A stretch of DNA of 63,953 bases, filler included, from Barthelona sp. PAP020 (lineage: Eukaryota), in the NCBI GenBank assembly GCA_040182905.1. It is 5 parts of 5 records of this genome, joined end to end, with 100 filler letters (N's around TTAATTAATTAA, not from the genome) between each part and the next. Parts side by side here need not be neighbours in the genome. Positions count along the whole stretch, not along the records: positions 1 to 13,556 come from JARQWU010000321.1; 4 more parts are not named here. One strand, written 5' to 3'. The notes beneath the pieces were generated by a model. That model did not search any database, was not told the DNA's origin, and saw only the letters and a list, made by a program, of their open reading frames with translations. The translations under genes were made by a program, and so were the position numbers. Positions 1 through 10,799 of this stretch are shown here, one piece after another; the first letter of the stretch is position 1, and each line of letters starts with the position of its first letter.

Positions 1-87
1 GAAGAATTCGTTTCTAGTTTGAGGTCTTATGACCGTACAATCAGTGCATTTTCTGAAAAAATGCTTGATTATATCAAGGAATTGTAA
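1..87 (+). CDS. 3' end of an unidentified CDS entering from the left edge (EEFVSSLRSYDRTISAFSEKMLDYIKEL*)
   Basis: Frame +1 is open from base 1 to TAA at 85-87 with coding-like composition. Confidence 0.45.
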   Translation, partial: EEFVSSLRSYDRTISAFSEKMLDYIKEL

Positions 88-149
88 GTGTTTTTGCTGA
101 AATCCGATGTTTTCTTTGTTTGGTAAATGGCAATTTTCGATTTATTTTT

Positions 150-419
150 TATTGTTCAGCCAAAAAGAAGGAAGATGACTTTCATCTAATCCTTCCTATT
201 AAACTTGGTAATATGGGAAAAAAGAAGTGCTTTCATCCAGGAAAGAATGTCTTATTGGGCATTTTCTCACTCGAAGGAGTCTTTATGGTTGTTTTTGATT
301 AACATGGCACAGTAAAGACATTTGATGTTGAATCTAGAGATTTATTGGCAACATTTAAGATCCATGATGATATCAAGAGAAATAGGTTTTGTTTTGCAAA
401 TAGTGGATATACATTTTGA
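150..419 (+). pseudogene. Degenerate WD40 fragment, PRP19-like
   Basis: One frame reads CFHPGKNVLL...GVFMVVFD*HGTVKTFDVESRDLLATFKIHDDIKRNRFCFANSGYTF*, with an in-frame TAA at 300-302. By eye it resembles PRP19 WD repeats (IKIWDLKERTNVANFPGH...IAFSENGYYL). Confidence 0.3.
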
Positions 420-554
420 AACCTACCTACGTTGTGCATGTAAATTAGGCCTTCTTTTTTTCCTTTATTATTTGTGAAAAAAGGAGCTTTTGGAAGCAAG
501 AAAAAAAAATTGCTCAAAGGAGACTAAAATTTATAAAAATGCCGCAAAATGTTC

Positions 555-1352
555 CTAACTCGTTTCAACTTGTTTCTTCCCATCATCATCTTCATATTCA
601 ATTTCAATGATAGGTTCTGTTCTTTCCAAATGAATTTTTTCTGTTTCGTATTCATCCTCATCATCCTCACTGTCAAATTCAACATCATCATCATCACCCA
701 TATCATCATCAACAACAAAGGGTAAGTCATTGAGATCGAATACTGGTTCTTTTTCTTCCTCCAAATCTTCAATTTCCATTTGATCAACTGATTGATTGAA
801 TTCTTTTTGAGGGAAGTTGTAGACACCTTGATATTTATTCTCTTGAAAGTTCTTAATAAGTTCAGCTTGGAAAGTTTGCTCCAAACGGGCAGCTTTTTCA
901 GCCTTGGCTTCTCTTGATTTTTCTCTTCTTTCAATCTTTTTATTTATGGTTTCATAGTTTTCTTGAGGTTGTAATCTCATTTGCCTTTCTCTTTTAATGA
1001 AGTCAAATACCATCGTGAGACGTCTTTGGCATTTTTCTTTGTTCCATTTGTTGTATTCGAGATGATCTTCGATAATTTTCAAAGCTTCTTCATAATTTCT
1101 TGGTAACTCTATGTATTCCCACAACCTAGAAGGTAAATGTGCTCTTTCGGGGGTTTTTATGCAAAGAAAAACCTTACCTTTTTTTTCCATGATGGTTGCA
1201 TATGATGAATTAGCAAGTTCACAACTTCTTCTGTTGCACAAACCAGTAACATTGTGAGGATTCTTACAAAAAGTTTGTTTCGGCGTTTTTACCTTGAAAC
1301 AACAAAAATATTCGTTAACACATGACCATATGTGGTCATCTGAAGATGACAT
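555..1352 (-). CDS. MAK16: MAK16 60S ribosome biogenesis protein
   Basis: Motifs DDHIWSCVN, FCCFKVKT, CKNPHNVTGLCNRRSCELANS, KTPERAHLP and RREKSREAKA, plus an acidic tail ending EIEYE. Confidence 0.95.
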   Translation of the reverse strand: MSSSDDHIWSCVNEYFCCFKVKTPKQTFCKNPHNVTGLCNRRSCELANSSYATIMEKKGKVFLCIKTPERAHLPSRLWEYIELPRNYEEALKIIEDHLEYNKWNKEKCQRRLTMVFDFIKRERQMRLQPQENYETINKKIERREKSREAKAEKAARLEQTFQAELIKNFQENKYQGVYNFPQKEFNQSVDQMEIEDLEEEKEPVFDLNDLPFVVDDDMGDDDDVEFDSEDDEDEYETEKIHLERTEPIIEIEYEDDDGKKQVETS

Positions 1353-1482
1353 AAGGTGGGATTAGAAAAAAAAAAAACAATCTTTTTCAAGTTCAAACCA
1401 ATTCTATGATGCCATTTTGTTTTAGGAGTGGCTTAATATTGTTAAAAACTGCAAATGTTCCAAAAAAAGAATAAAGAAAATT

Positions 1483-2037
1483 TTACACCGAATTATGAGT
1501 GTCAAAAACACAACTAATAAAATCATTCAAAGATTGTCGATCAAAACAATCGACTTCAATACAAAAGACATCAATTTGATCTCTTAATTTATCTAATGGA
1601 AACAAAGTTTCAATATCAATGATAGACAAACAACTACATCTGTCCAAATGTGTAAGAGTGATAAATATCGATAAATAAAGTTTTTTTTCAATTATAAGCT
1701 GACACAAATGACAAAAAACGGTAAGTGATTCGTTCAGTTTATGAGGAGAGGAAGCGTCAATAATATATATAATTGAAGTCTCCTTTTCAATATACAGTTC
1801 ATAGTTTGAAAACATAATGCCACCTATTTCCAACAAATTGATTGTTCGATCTTTATAATTGACCTTAAATACTTCTGTCCCTCTGGTGGGAAAAGTTAAT
1901 TGATTTGAAGGTATTTCATTTGATTCAAGATTGTTGAATAAATCTTACAGTTAGTTATTTAAACCTAAAACATCGGTACAAGTTAATTGTTTTAAAAATA
2001 AAGTTTTTCCACAATTCGATGATCCCAAAATTAACAT
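1483..2037 (-). CDS. ARL16: ARL16-like small GTPase; exons 2037-1980 and 1943-1483 (172 aa)
   Basis: The spliced product reads MLILGSSNCGKTLFLKQLT-Y-LFNN...FPTRGT...LLEIGG...IIDAS. This gives a P-loop, a PTxG switch and the ARL16-type E[LI]GG G3 variant. Splicing restores the frame. Confidence 0.8.
1944..1979 (-). other. 36-nt spliceosomal intron (GTACCG...ACTAACTGTAAG)
   Basis: GT-AG ends with ACTAAC followed by 6 nt to the 3' end. It contains an in-frame TAA, and removing it joins the P-loop exon to the rest of the GTPase. Confidence 0.85.
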
Positions 2038-2100
2038 CAACACATTAAAAATTCCTCATAAAAAAATTTGATTTTTTTTTTGTTGTAATAATTTGATGAA

Positions 2101-2706
2101 ATGATCGATTATTCTCATTTAATTCAAATCAGACCTAGAACAAGGCAAGAACGCACACAAACATCTAACAAAGAACAAGTAGAAAAAGATAGACTTTCAA
2201 AAAGAGTTGGCAACTATTTTTCGTATGAAGATCCAAGCAATATTTTAGGAACACTTCCAAACACAGCTCCAGGGTATGCAAATGATTCTGAGCGTTTTTT
2301 TAGTGATTTTTCACAACAACAAAAGAATGACAAGATCGAAAGACAAAAAAGAATGGAAAGGAATGTTGCAGCCAGACAAATGATCCGTAATGATTATGAG
2401 CAACGTCAAATATCTCAAAGAGAAGAAGAGATTAAGCGCTTTAATCAATCATTGGAAACAAAAAAAGACATTTACAGTCAAAAACAATCTAAAGTGGCTT
2501 ATGATGTTATTACACATGAATACCATGATAATGATGAAGGAAAAAGGTTAGCATATGAAGATGAAAAAAGAAAGTATGAGACACAATTAAGAAGAAAACA
2601 ATTGTATGAAAGAGCAAATTCATCAGTAAATCCAGTTACAGGGGAACCTTTGGCTCAAGTCACTGTTCCTAGAGAACCCGAAAGACCAAATTGGTTGAAT
2701 TTTTAA
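2101..2706 (+). CDS. Hypothetical charged/helical protein (201 aa), possibly flagellar
   Basis: Clean ATG-TAA ORF with a coiled-coil middle and YDVIT/NPVTG motifs. Family not identified. Confidence 0.6.
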   Translation: MIDYSHLIQIRPRTRQERTQTSNKEQVEKDRLSKRVGNYFSYEDPSNILGTLPNTAPGYANDSERFFSDFSQQQKNDKIERQKRMERNVAARQMIRNDYEQRQISQREEEIKRFNQSLETKKDIYSQKQSKVAYDVITHEYHDNDEGKRLAYEDEKRKYETQLRRKQLYERANSSVNPVTGEPLAQVTVPREPERPNWLNF

Positions 2707-3185
2707 AAGTGTTTGAAAATGATGAAAATGAATGTAGAGAAGTTTTTAATTATTGTTGAGCTCTTTAAATTGTTGGAATTCGTTGATTTTTGTTTCCAGG
2801 TTATATTGTCAGAACAACACTTAAATACTTTCAAAATTTGTTTTATTTTTTTATTAGTATGAGTTGAGCATAATTTGGTTTGTGTAGAAAGAAGATTTGC
2901 AAATATTTCAATAAAAAGATTGGCTAAATGCTACAATAGTTTTTGTTTTTGATAATATGTAGTTATTGGGAAAATATGTTGAAGATGGGATATTTTATCA
3001 AAAAGAGTAAATATTTGGAAAACAAAACATGGATTCATATTTTTTCTTTGAAGTTTTTATTTGTTATAGCCCAAATAATCAAAAAATTGAAAAAAATAAA
3101 TTGAATATCTACCTTCTAATAAAAAAAGACTGCAAGAAAGTGGAAAAAAATATGTGAAGAATATCATTCTCAATTTATTCTGTTG

Positions 3186-4193
3186 ATGGTAGGTGTTGAT
3201 GATGTAAGAGCATTAATATCCACACCTGTATTACCAACAAAATATAATCGAACCTTAAATATCTTTCGAAATATTGATATTAGATTATCTTCAATGTTTA
3301 GACTAAATTTTGAGTCTTTAAAGACACAACCAGTTTTTAATGAACTTAAACATTCATTATTTTTGGAAGATATTTTAAAAATTCTTTTTGTTCAAAATAA
3401 ACTTGAGAGTATTGATAATTGGAGTATCCAATATTCAAAACGTAAGAATGATTATATAATATCTCAAAATTTTCCTCGAAATTTGACAGGAAAGCAAAAG
3501 AATGAATTATTAATGTATAGATATAAAGAAATGGAAGGATATCTTTTAAGAATGGTACAAAAGAAACATAAAGAATGGTATATTAACAGATTTGGAGAAA
3601 AAGCAGGTGAAAAGCTTGATTTTTTTTCGATCACTCAAGGTTGGCATGTTGACTTTGTACTGGATGAACTTTGTCCTGACGTTGAATGTTTTATTCTAGT
3701 AAACAATGTTAAAGCTTCTAGTTTGGATTCAAGACAAAATCTTTTGGAAAGTATTCATTTGAAACAAAGGGAAAATAAAATTGTTCAAAGTAAGAATGTT
3801 GAACAAGAAAATGCATTGTCTCAATATTTATCTCGCGAAAACATTAGCAATTTGAAGAAAGCTGCTGAAATCAATAAATCAATGGTTTTGCATCAACAGT
3901 TGAATAAGAAAAATTTTGAAAAGCAACTACTCACAGATATGCTCAAAGTCATAAAAGAAAGGCTCTTATTTGCTAATAACACAATTTTGCCTTTGAATAT
4001 TGTGAATATGGCTTGGAAACATAAATATCCTACGAGATTAGTTGACGTCGATTCACTTTGCAAACAATTATCAGAAAAAATTCCAGAATTTGTTGTACTA
4101 AATCAAATTAATAATTTACCTGCTTCAATTTCTTTGAAAAGTTTAAATTTAAATGAGTTTAATCAGTCAGTTATAAAGTTGAATAATTTTTGA
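3186..4193 (+). CDS. CDT1: CDT1-like DNA replication licensing factor
   Basis: LPTKYNRTLNIFRNID resembles LPYKYQVLAEMFRSMD. LMYRY...VQKKHKEW...WHVDFVLDELCPDV resembles LLQRR...VKEHHKAF...WHPRFNVDEVPDI. C-terminal LSEKIPEFV resembles LSELLPDWL. All comparisons are by eye to human CDT1. Confidence 0.7.
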   Translation: MVGVDDVRALISTPVLPTKYNRTLNIFRNIDIRLSSMFRLNFESLKTQPVFNELKHSLFLEDILKILFVQNKLESIDNWSIQYSKRKNDYIISQNFPRNLTGKQKNELLMYRYKEMEGYLLRMVQKKHKEWYINRFGEKAGEKLDFFSITQGWHVDFVLDELCPDVECFILVNNVKASSLDSRQNLLESIHLKQRENKIVQSKNVEQENALSQYLSRENISNLKKAAEINKSMVLHQQLNKKNFEKQLLTDMLKVIKERLLFANNTILPLNIVNMAWKHKYPTRLVDVDSLCKQLSEKIPEFVVLNQINNLPASISLKSLNLNEFNQSVIKLNNF

Positions 4194-4417
4194 TTTTTGT
4201 TTTTTGATATTTTGTTTTTTGATATTTTATTTTAATATTTCCAAAAAAAAAAAACAATGATGAAAGAATTGTAAAACTCAAAAGGATATTGCAGGTTGTG
4301 CAAAAGTTTTTTCCTTTTAACCTTTTTTTGAAATAAACAATTATTTGGATACATTTACAATCACATTTATAAAATAAAAATTAGAGATGAAAATCAACAT
4401 GAGAATGAGGGAAAACT

Positions 4418-7400
4418 CTATGAAACCAATCCCACATAATCTTGATAGGAATAATAACCAGATAGAAAATGGTCTAAAACGATTGTGTCGTTCACAACAT
4501 TCAATAAATCTTTATCCAATTTTAAACAACTATTCCTTTGCCTTCTGCAATCATTTTGCAAAAAATCATCAACATATATGAATGGTAAGATACCCCAATA
4601 GTCTTTTTGAGTAAACAATAGGTAGTGATTTCTGTAAGATAAAATTTGATACACACAAATTCCAAACTTTTCAAAACAATTATGAGAAAAATCTTTTGCG
4701 GTAATTTCATGTTGATAGAAAGTTTTATGACAAAATAAACAATATTTTTGAGACTTAACAATTTCAAATGGATCAATGGCATCAACATTGATTTTTTTTC
4801 CCAAATAATACTGTAAGTGATCTAATTTTTGTTGATAATCAAACACCAAAGGTTTAAAAATACGAGGAAGAGCAAATAACTGAGTGTTACCAAATGAATT
4901 AATGAACTTTACACTAAATTCAAAATTGTTTGTTTTTTCGCTAATTGAAGGATAAAACAAATAAAATTCCTCATATTGTAACATTTGTAAGCAAGCAAAT
5001 ACCAAATATTGTGCTTGATAATGAACATTATCATCATATAAATCGTCAGGACAATTTAATTCCTTTTCAATATTCGTTGGAGCTATACAATACAATAAGA
5101 TTGCCAGCCTTCTCAAAAATACAACTAATTCTCCGATTGTATTTTTTGTCTCCTTTTCATCGCAAACATTTCTTGTGTCATCTTTGAAAAATGTTTCAAA
5201 TATTTCAAAAATTTTAATCAACAGTTTTGATATTTCTTCAGTATAACCACACCTTAACATGTGTAAAATCCCATTCAATGGTTGAAATTTATCAATTTTA
5301 ATCAATTCTTCAACAAAATTTTGTTCATGAAAATGCATTGGATAACATATATTGAAAGTTTTATAAAAAATTCCAATAATATTTTTGTTTCTCTTGTTTG
5401 GAAACATAAATTTCTGTTTTTCTCCATATAATAACATTTCAAACCTAGAAACAAAGCTCAATATCGCTTGATATATGTCCAAATAGTTCGATGAAATGGA
5501 TTTGAAAAGTTCAAAAGTTTTGGAACTTTTCAATATTATATCACTTTCCTTATCAACATTTATAAAAGTATTTGGTATTAAAGGCAAAGCTCTATTGAAT
5601 AAAGATCGACAAATAGGACAATACTGTTTTTTATGGTGGTTGAATGTATCAACGAAACAATTGTAATGAGCAAAATGACCACAACTAAAGAATTGTAAAT
5701 CATTTGAGCTTGTTTCATTTGGATTTATTAGAGGTAAACCAAATTCATGAAAGAGTTCCAATAACTCTTCATTAAATTGAATCTCTGTGAATGAAGCATG
5801 TCTTGTTGTTAAAATAAACATTAATTCAGGTTCATCAACATTGAATTCATTGTTGAACATTTCGTTTTGACATATGCAACAGGTATAACTATGTAAAACG
5901 TTTTCAGTATCATTATTGTCATCAATTGCCAAAACATTCGGATAATGTTGTATGTGATGAATTTCATGCTCAGGAGATGGAGTTCTAATGGCATCAAAAT
6001 CTTCCTCAAACATATTGGGATCAAAGGAATGATTTGCTAAAAATTGTTGTTGAATGCTCTTTTGCTGTAATAATTTCTCCTCATTTGTGAAATTCTTTTG
6101 GAATTCATCTTTATTTTTTAAAAAATTTAAAAATTTGTTCAAATTTTCATTCTCTTCTTTTAAAAAAGCTAAATTTACTTGAAAGAAAGGTATGATCTTC
6201 CTTCGATATTCTTGCTTTTCTTCATCTGTCAATAAACCAATCAATTTGGGTAAGATTTGATAATTTTCTTTGATAAATATGAATTTTTCAAAACCATGAT
6301 ATACAAAGCCACAAGTAATCAAACGAATAATTGCTAAAAGTAATAAATTCAAATCTTCTTCAGGGACTATCCAATTTTCATACAATATATCTATCTTTTG
6401 AAGAATATAATCAACGTTATTCCATAAAATAGGAGATAATAAACCTTTTAACAACTTTTCATTATTTTTGTTAGAATTAGTAATAGGAAATGTATACAAA
6501 TCATTCTTTTCTTGTTCAACATCACTAAACTCTATCATTTCCAGCATATTTGCCAAATATACAGAAACATCAATTGTTTTGATGGGAAAAAAAGGATCTG
6601 TATAATAATAATACTCAGGTTTCAATCTAGCAAGAGGAGATTGATGAGGTTGTGTCTTTTGAATGAAAGATGTAGTTAAGGTATGTAAAACTTCCGAAAA
6701 ACATTTGAACTGATTCAAATATATAGACTCATCACAAATTTGAGCAAAACTCACATTCTTTTGCATTAAAATACTGATAATATAATGGATAATTTCATCT
6801 CTTGAAGTCAATCCTAAATGTGGAAATACCATTAAATTACCTATCGAGGATATCAAGGTAACAAGATATAATATCAGCCCTTCTCTATCTGATTTAACTC
6901 TCTTATGTATCATTGGATTGATACAAAGAAAAATATCTGAAAAAAATATGTCATAATCAAAGTTAATACTCTGAGTTAACAATTGTAACCCAACAAAGAT
7001 TGATTTATGTGACAATAGAAATAAACGACAATTTAATCGATCAAATATCTTGTGAACATCAGTAAAAAAGTTCCATATTGCTTCGCTACTGGGTATTTGT
7101 GAGTAGTTTATATATTTGAACATCAACAGACTCATTCTACGTATAGCAGTATCAGGAAACCCATTCATTTGAGAATTTAATGGACAAATATCAACTAGCA
7201 TTTTACTAATGTCAAAGTTGGGAAATGTAGTCACAAAAGAATCCAAAATGATATAGAAAAAACGATAGCTTAATAGACATACATTGCAAACATTATCAAA
7301 TACGGATGAATAAACAATTTCATCGTCAAATAACAAAGTACGTTTCAACAAGTATCTGAATAGACGTTGAAACAAAGTAAAAACGGACAAATCTGCTGGA

Positions 7401-9130
7401 TTATCCAAATCCAAGGTTCTTTCCTCATCAATGCTATCAATCTCTAACAAATTCATCTTTGTGCTAGATAATTCATCAACAGTTTCATCTCCATTAATCA
7501 GATTATATGCTCCATTTTCAAGATTAAACAAAGAAATTGCAAAAGATTCAGCAATAGACATTATTCCATCCATTCTAAAAAATACAGCCTTAATATTATC
7601 ATCTCCAAACTTTTGAATGTCAGCAGGCTTGAAAAAAGGTACTGGAAGCACATAAAAATCTTCAAAAAATTCACACAACTTGATCGAGTCAAAAAGTCCT
7701 TGATGCCATCTAATCCCTCCAAAAAAACACATAGAACCACTTAAACCACATATTATTGTTTCTTTCACAAAGCTAAAGGTTAATAATGAAATAGATACGA
7801 TACAATCCAAGAATTTTACTGGTGTTGTTGAAATCCTTGTTTTATACAACTCAGTGATAGCATCAGCATCACAATATAATCTCATACTGAAAGGCTCATT
7901 CGAACCATACTCTGGTAACATGTCTGAAACCTCATTAAACCAGCCTTTCTTACAGATGTCATAACACAAACGTAAACAAAGGTCCAGACAATGATTACTA
8001 TATGGACCCAAGGCATCAACAATCATATGTGCCCCATGAACGAATTGAATACCGAACAGGGAGTAAGCATCATAAATAGCATAGGGAATATCCGAAGGAT
8101 CACAAAAAGCAGATGAACTGACATGGGAATGGACATTCATTGAAGCAATCTTGTGAAGCCCATCAGAAAACGTTCTGACGAAGTGTTTTGTGTATTTCCA
8201 TTTTATTTCATGCCATCCAACAATTTTCAACATTAACTTAGAAAGGTTTGTATAACTCTTGAAAACAGGGTATTGAAAAAGGTCAATAAAGAGAGAAAAA
8301 TCCAATGCATCAAACGCATCACAAATAAGTTTGCGGAACCCATCACATGACCTTTCCAAGCTTAACAACAAATCAATGAGTTTGTCAACGAATTGAGGCT
8401 TTATCAAATTACGATTATTTTCAACAAAGAACACACATTTTCTGATCCAATTCAATGTACTTTTGTCAAGTTTCCCATTCTTCAAATCTTCATCCTCATA
8501 ATCATCCTCATAATCTTCAATTGAATCCATACTGTTACTGCTCAGTAACGTAAAGTACTCTAAAACACTCATTTTGATCTCCTCAGGCTTATAAAACCAA
8601 TATATTGTCGCTATACATATTGTAGCAAAAAAAGAAACAACATGAATAAACCCATCGTTAAATTCAAAAAGGGGGTTACCATGACGAAAACCATGACGAA
8701 CACAATTCCCAGTTTCTTTCCATGAAAATGGATCCCCACAATCACAATATCCTCCTTTTGATTGAATTCTGGTCCAATTATGATTCTTATGTTCAGAATT
8801 AAAAAAGCATTCAGAACATATAACACATGAATTATCATTTGCACATGAAGAACATTTAAAAGCATTTACAGGATCATTAGAATTTGGTAACCAAGCTTTA
8901 CCACAATGCATTCGGTGAAAAGTTTGAGAAAATAAATCTAACAATCCTTCAAAATTGTATCTTGATGTTTCTTTTAAATACATTATAGTTTCTTCATTTA
9001 TATATTTAATAAAATTAGTGAATATTGTGGAACGATACAACAATGAATCATCACACAAAATGGAAATTACAACTTCACCTAATTCATCGATAATATCGTT
9101 TAATTTCAACTCATCATTGCCTGAATCCAT
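4418..9130 (-). CDS. UBR-box + RING E3 ubiquitin ligase (UBR1/2/3-type N-recognin), 1570 aa
   Basis: UBR box CG...CSSC...CVICSECF...H..H...GGYCDCGD...C..H; RING CCIC...SCGHFAHYNC...CPICR; UBR-like C-terminal YVDDF segment. Confidence 0.9.
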   Translation of the reverse strand: MDSGNDELKLNDIIDELGEVVISILCDDSLLYRSTIFTNFIKYINEETIMYLKETSRYNFEGLLDLFSQTFHRMHCGKAWLPNSNDPVNAFKCSSCANDNSCVICSECFFNSEHKNHNWTRIQSKGGYCDCGDPFSWKETGNCVRHGFRHGNPLFEFNDGFIHVVSFFATICIATIYWFYKPEEIKMSVLEYFTLLSSNSMDSIEDYEDDYEDEDLKNGKLDKSTLNWIRKCVFFVENNRNLIKPQFVDKLIDLLLSLERSCDGFRKLICDAFDALDFSLFIDLFQYPVFKSYTNLSKLMLKIVGWHEIKWKYTKHFVRTFSDGLHKIASMNVHSHVSSSAFCDPSDIPYAIYDAYSLFGIQFVHGAHMIVDALGPYSNHCLDLCLRLCYDICKKGWFNEVSDMLPEYGSNEPFSMRLYCDADAITELYKTRISTTPVKFLDCIVSISLLTFSFVKETIICGLSGSMCFFGGIRWHQGLFDSIKLCEFFEDFYVLPVPFFKPADIQKFGDDNIKAVFFRMDGIMSIAESFAISLFNLENGAYNLINGDETVDELSSTKMNLLEIDSIDEERTLDLDNPADLSVFTLFQRLFRYLLKRTLLFDDEIVYSSVFDNVCNVCLLSYRFFYIILDSFVTTFPNFDISKMLVDICPLNSQMNGFPDTAIRRMSLLMFKYINYSQIPSSEAIWNFFTDVHKIFDRLNCRLFLLSHKSIFVGLQLLTQSINFDYDIFFSDIFLCINPMIHKRVKSDREGLILYLVTLISSIGNLMVFPHLGLTSRDEIIHYIISILMQKNVSFAQICDESIYLNQFKCFSEVLHTLTTSFIQKTQPHQSPLARLKPEYYYYTDPFFPIKTIDVSVYLANMLEMIEFSDVEQEKNDLYTFPITNSNKNNEKLLKGLLSPILWNNVDYILQKIDILYENWIVPEEDLNLLLLAIIRLITCGFVYHGFEKFIFIKENYQILPKLIGLLTDEEKQEYRRKIIPFFQVNLAFLKEENENLNKFLNFLKNKDEFQKNFTNEEKLLQQKSIQQQFLANHSFDPNMFEEDFDAIRTPSPEHEIHHIQHYPNVLAIDDNNDTENVLHSYTCCICQNEMFNNEFNVDEPELMFILTTRHASFTEIQFNEELLELFHEFGLPLINPNETSSNDLQFFSCGHFAHYNCFVDTFNHHKKQYCPICRSLFNRALPLIPNTFINVDKESDIILKSSKTFELFKSISSNYLDIYQAILSFVSRFEMLLYGEKQKFMFPNKRNKNIIGIFYKTFNICYPMHFHEQNFVEELIKIDKFQPLNGILHMLRCGYTEEISKLLIKIFEIFETFFKDDTRNVCDEKETKNTIGELVVFLRRLAILLYCIAPTNIEKELNCPDDLYDDNVHYQAQYLVFACLQMLQYEEFYLFYPSISEKTNNFEFSVKFINSFGNTQLFALPRIFKPLVFDYQQKLDHLQYYLGKKINVDAIDPFEIVKSQKYCLFCHKTFYQHEITAKDFSHNCFEKFGICVYQILSYRNHYLLFTQKDYWGILPFIYVDDFLQNDCRRQRNSCLKLDKDLLNVVNDTIVLDHFLSGYYSYQDYVGLVS

Positions 9131-9204
9131 TTAAATAATCATATATATATAGATAAAAAGACAAAATAATAAAAAAAAAATTTTTAGTCACAACAAAAAT
9201 GTAT

Positions 9205-10710
9205 TTACAGAAATTCCTTGTTAAGAATTAGTTGACATGACAATAAATCATCAAATAAAATGGAAAAAGATTCTGTTATTAACAAATCAGAAATCTTTTC
9301 AAAACTGATCAATTTTTCATTGTGATACAAAAATAAGACCAACTCATTTTGTTTATCTTCTTCAATATCTTTGCATTTGAACGTCGTTTTCATTTGTTGA
9401 GCTGAAACAATGGAAAAAATAGGTGATTCAAAAACAACCCTATTGTATAACAACAGTATTTTGAAATCGCCATTCAACAGATTAATTTCTGTAATGTTTT
9501 GAAAGGCAAATTGATCAAGAGAAAAAACTGTGTACAATTGCGTCTCCTTCTCTGGATTAATATCACCAAAGTCTAAATTGTAATTGTCGTTTTCATCTAA
9601 TCTCACTGTAGTTTTATCTTCTTTAATTTCAACACCATCAACTGTATTCAATATAATGGGATTTTTCCGAATTTGACTTTGAGCAAGTAATCTGGAAAGC
9701 GTTTCTTGACTTTTATTGAAATTCTCATAATTTTCTTTCAAAACATCGGTTAAACGTTCATTTTCCTGCTTTAAATCTTCATGCGCCTTTTTTAAGTCCA
9801 TTTTAGACTCTTTCAATTCGGCTATTTTTACATTGATCTTTAAATCGCGTTCACCAATGAAAAACCCATGTTTAATCAATAGAGCAGATGCTCTTTTGAG
9901 ATCTTGGTCTTCATCAATAGTGTCATTTATGTCTTGCACATTTTCTAATAATTTTCCACTTGCTAAAGTGCTTAATGTATCCCTTAGCTTGTCTCTTTCC
10001 ATGTTATGACACTTCTTTTCATTAATTTGAGCTTGAATTCGATGCATATCTTCATCAATTTTTTCCAGCAGCAGATTCTTCTTTTCTATTATATTTTCAT
10101 AGTTTTCCTGCTCAGCAAATTTCATATCACGTGCTGATGACATCTTAACCAACACATTATGTAATTGTTGTTGTTCATCTTCATATGTGGCCTTTTTATC
10201 TTTATACTCATTCTCTTTCATGTTTATATTATCTTCGCATTCATTCATTTCAGTCATTAAATCATTGAGTGTTGCATTCAACTCTTCAATGTTTAGTAGG
10301 TTCTCTTCATGTTTAATCATATTCATATCTAATTGTCGTGTTTTATGCTCCAATTGTAAAGAACGACTTTGAATACTGTTTAGCTGTTCTGTTTTATGGG
10401 TTAAAGATGTCATTACTTTTGTGTGTTTTTTTTGTTCAATGTTATATTTTTCATTGTAATTAGTTAAAAGGTTTTGATAAATATCTAATTTTGTTTCTAA
10501 TTCTGCATATTGTTCTGGTGTTGAAGAATGTAATTCTGTTTTTTCCAACTTTTTAAAAGTTTCATCTAATTCTTTATTTTCATTATGAATATCAAGATAT
10601 TCTTGTTTCAATTTTCGAATTAGACTGTTTAACTGTCTTTTTTCTTTCTGTTGCTGTACATATTCCGCTTCAGTAGGAATAATTCGAGGTGGCGATTGTG
10701 GAGTTAACAT
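9205..10710 (-). CDS. Coiled-coil protein with a beta-rich C-terminal domain (501 aa)
   Basis: Long heptad-rich ORF. Family not identified. Confidence 0.65.
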   Translation of the reverse strand: MLTPQSPPRIIPTEAEYVQQQKEKRQLNSLIRKLKQEYLDIHNENKELDETFKKLEKTELHSSTPEQYAELETKLDIYQNLLTNYNEKYNIEQKKHTKVMTSLTHKTEQLNSIQSRSLQLEHKTRQLDMNMIKHEENLLNIEELNATLNDLMTEMNECEDNINMKENEYKDKKATYEDEQQQLHNVLVKMSSARDMKFAEQENYENIIEKKNLLLEKIDEDMHRIQAQINEKKCHNMERDKLRDTLSTLASGKLLENVQDINDTIDEDQDLKRASALLIKHGFFIGERDLKINVKIAELKESKMDLKKAHEDLKQENERLTDVLKENYENFNKSQETLSRLLAQSQIRKNPIILNTVDGVEIKEDKTTVRLDENDNYNLDFGDINPEKETQLYTVFSLDQFAFQNITEINLLNGDFKILLLYNRVVFESPIFSIVSAQQMKTTFKCKDIEEDKQNELVLFLYHNEKLISFEKISDLLITESFSILFDDLLSCQLILNKEFL

Positions 10711-10799
10711 ATATACATTCTAATAATAATATGATAAAATTATGTCAAATAAGAAAAAACAATTTGCTCTTTTTATTTGAATTTTTTATTTAAAAAGAA

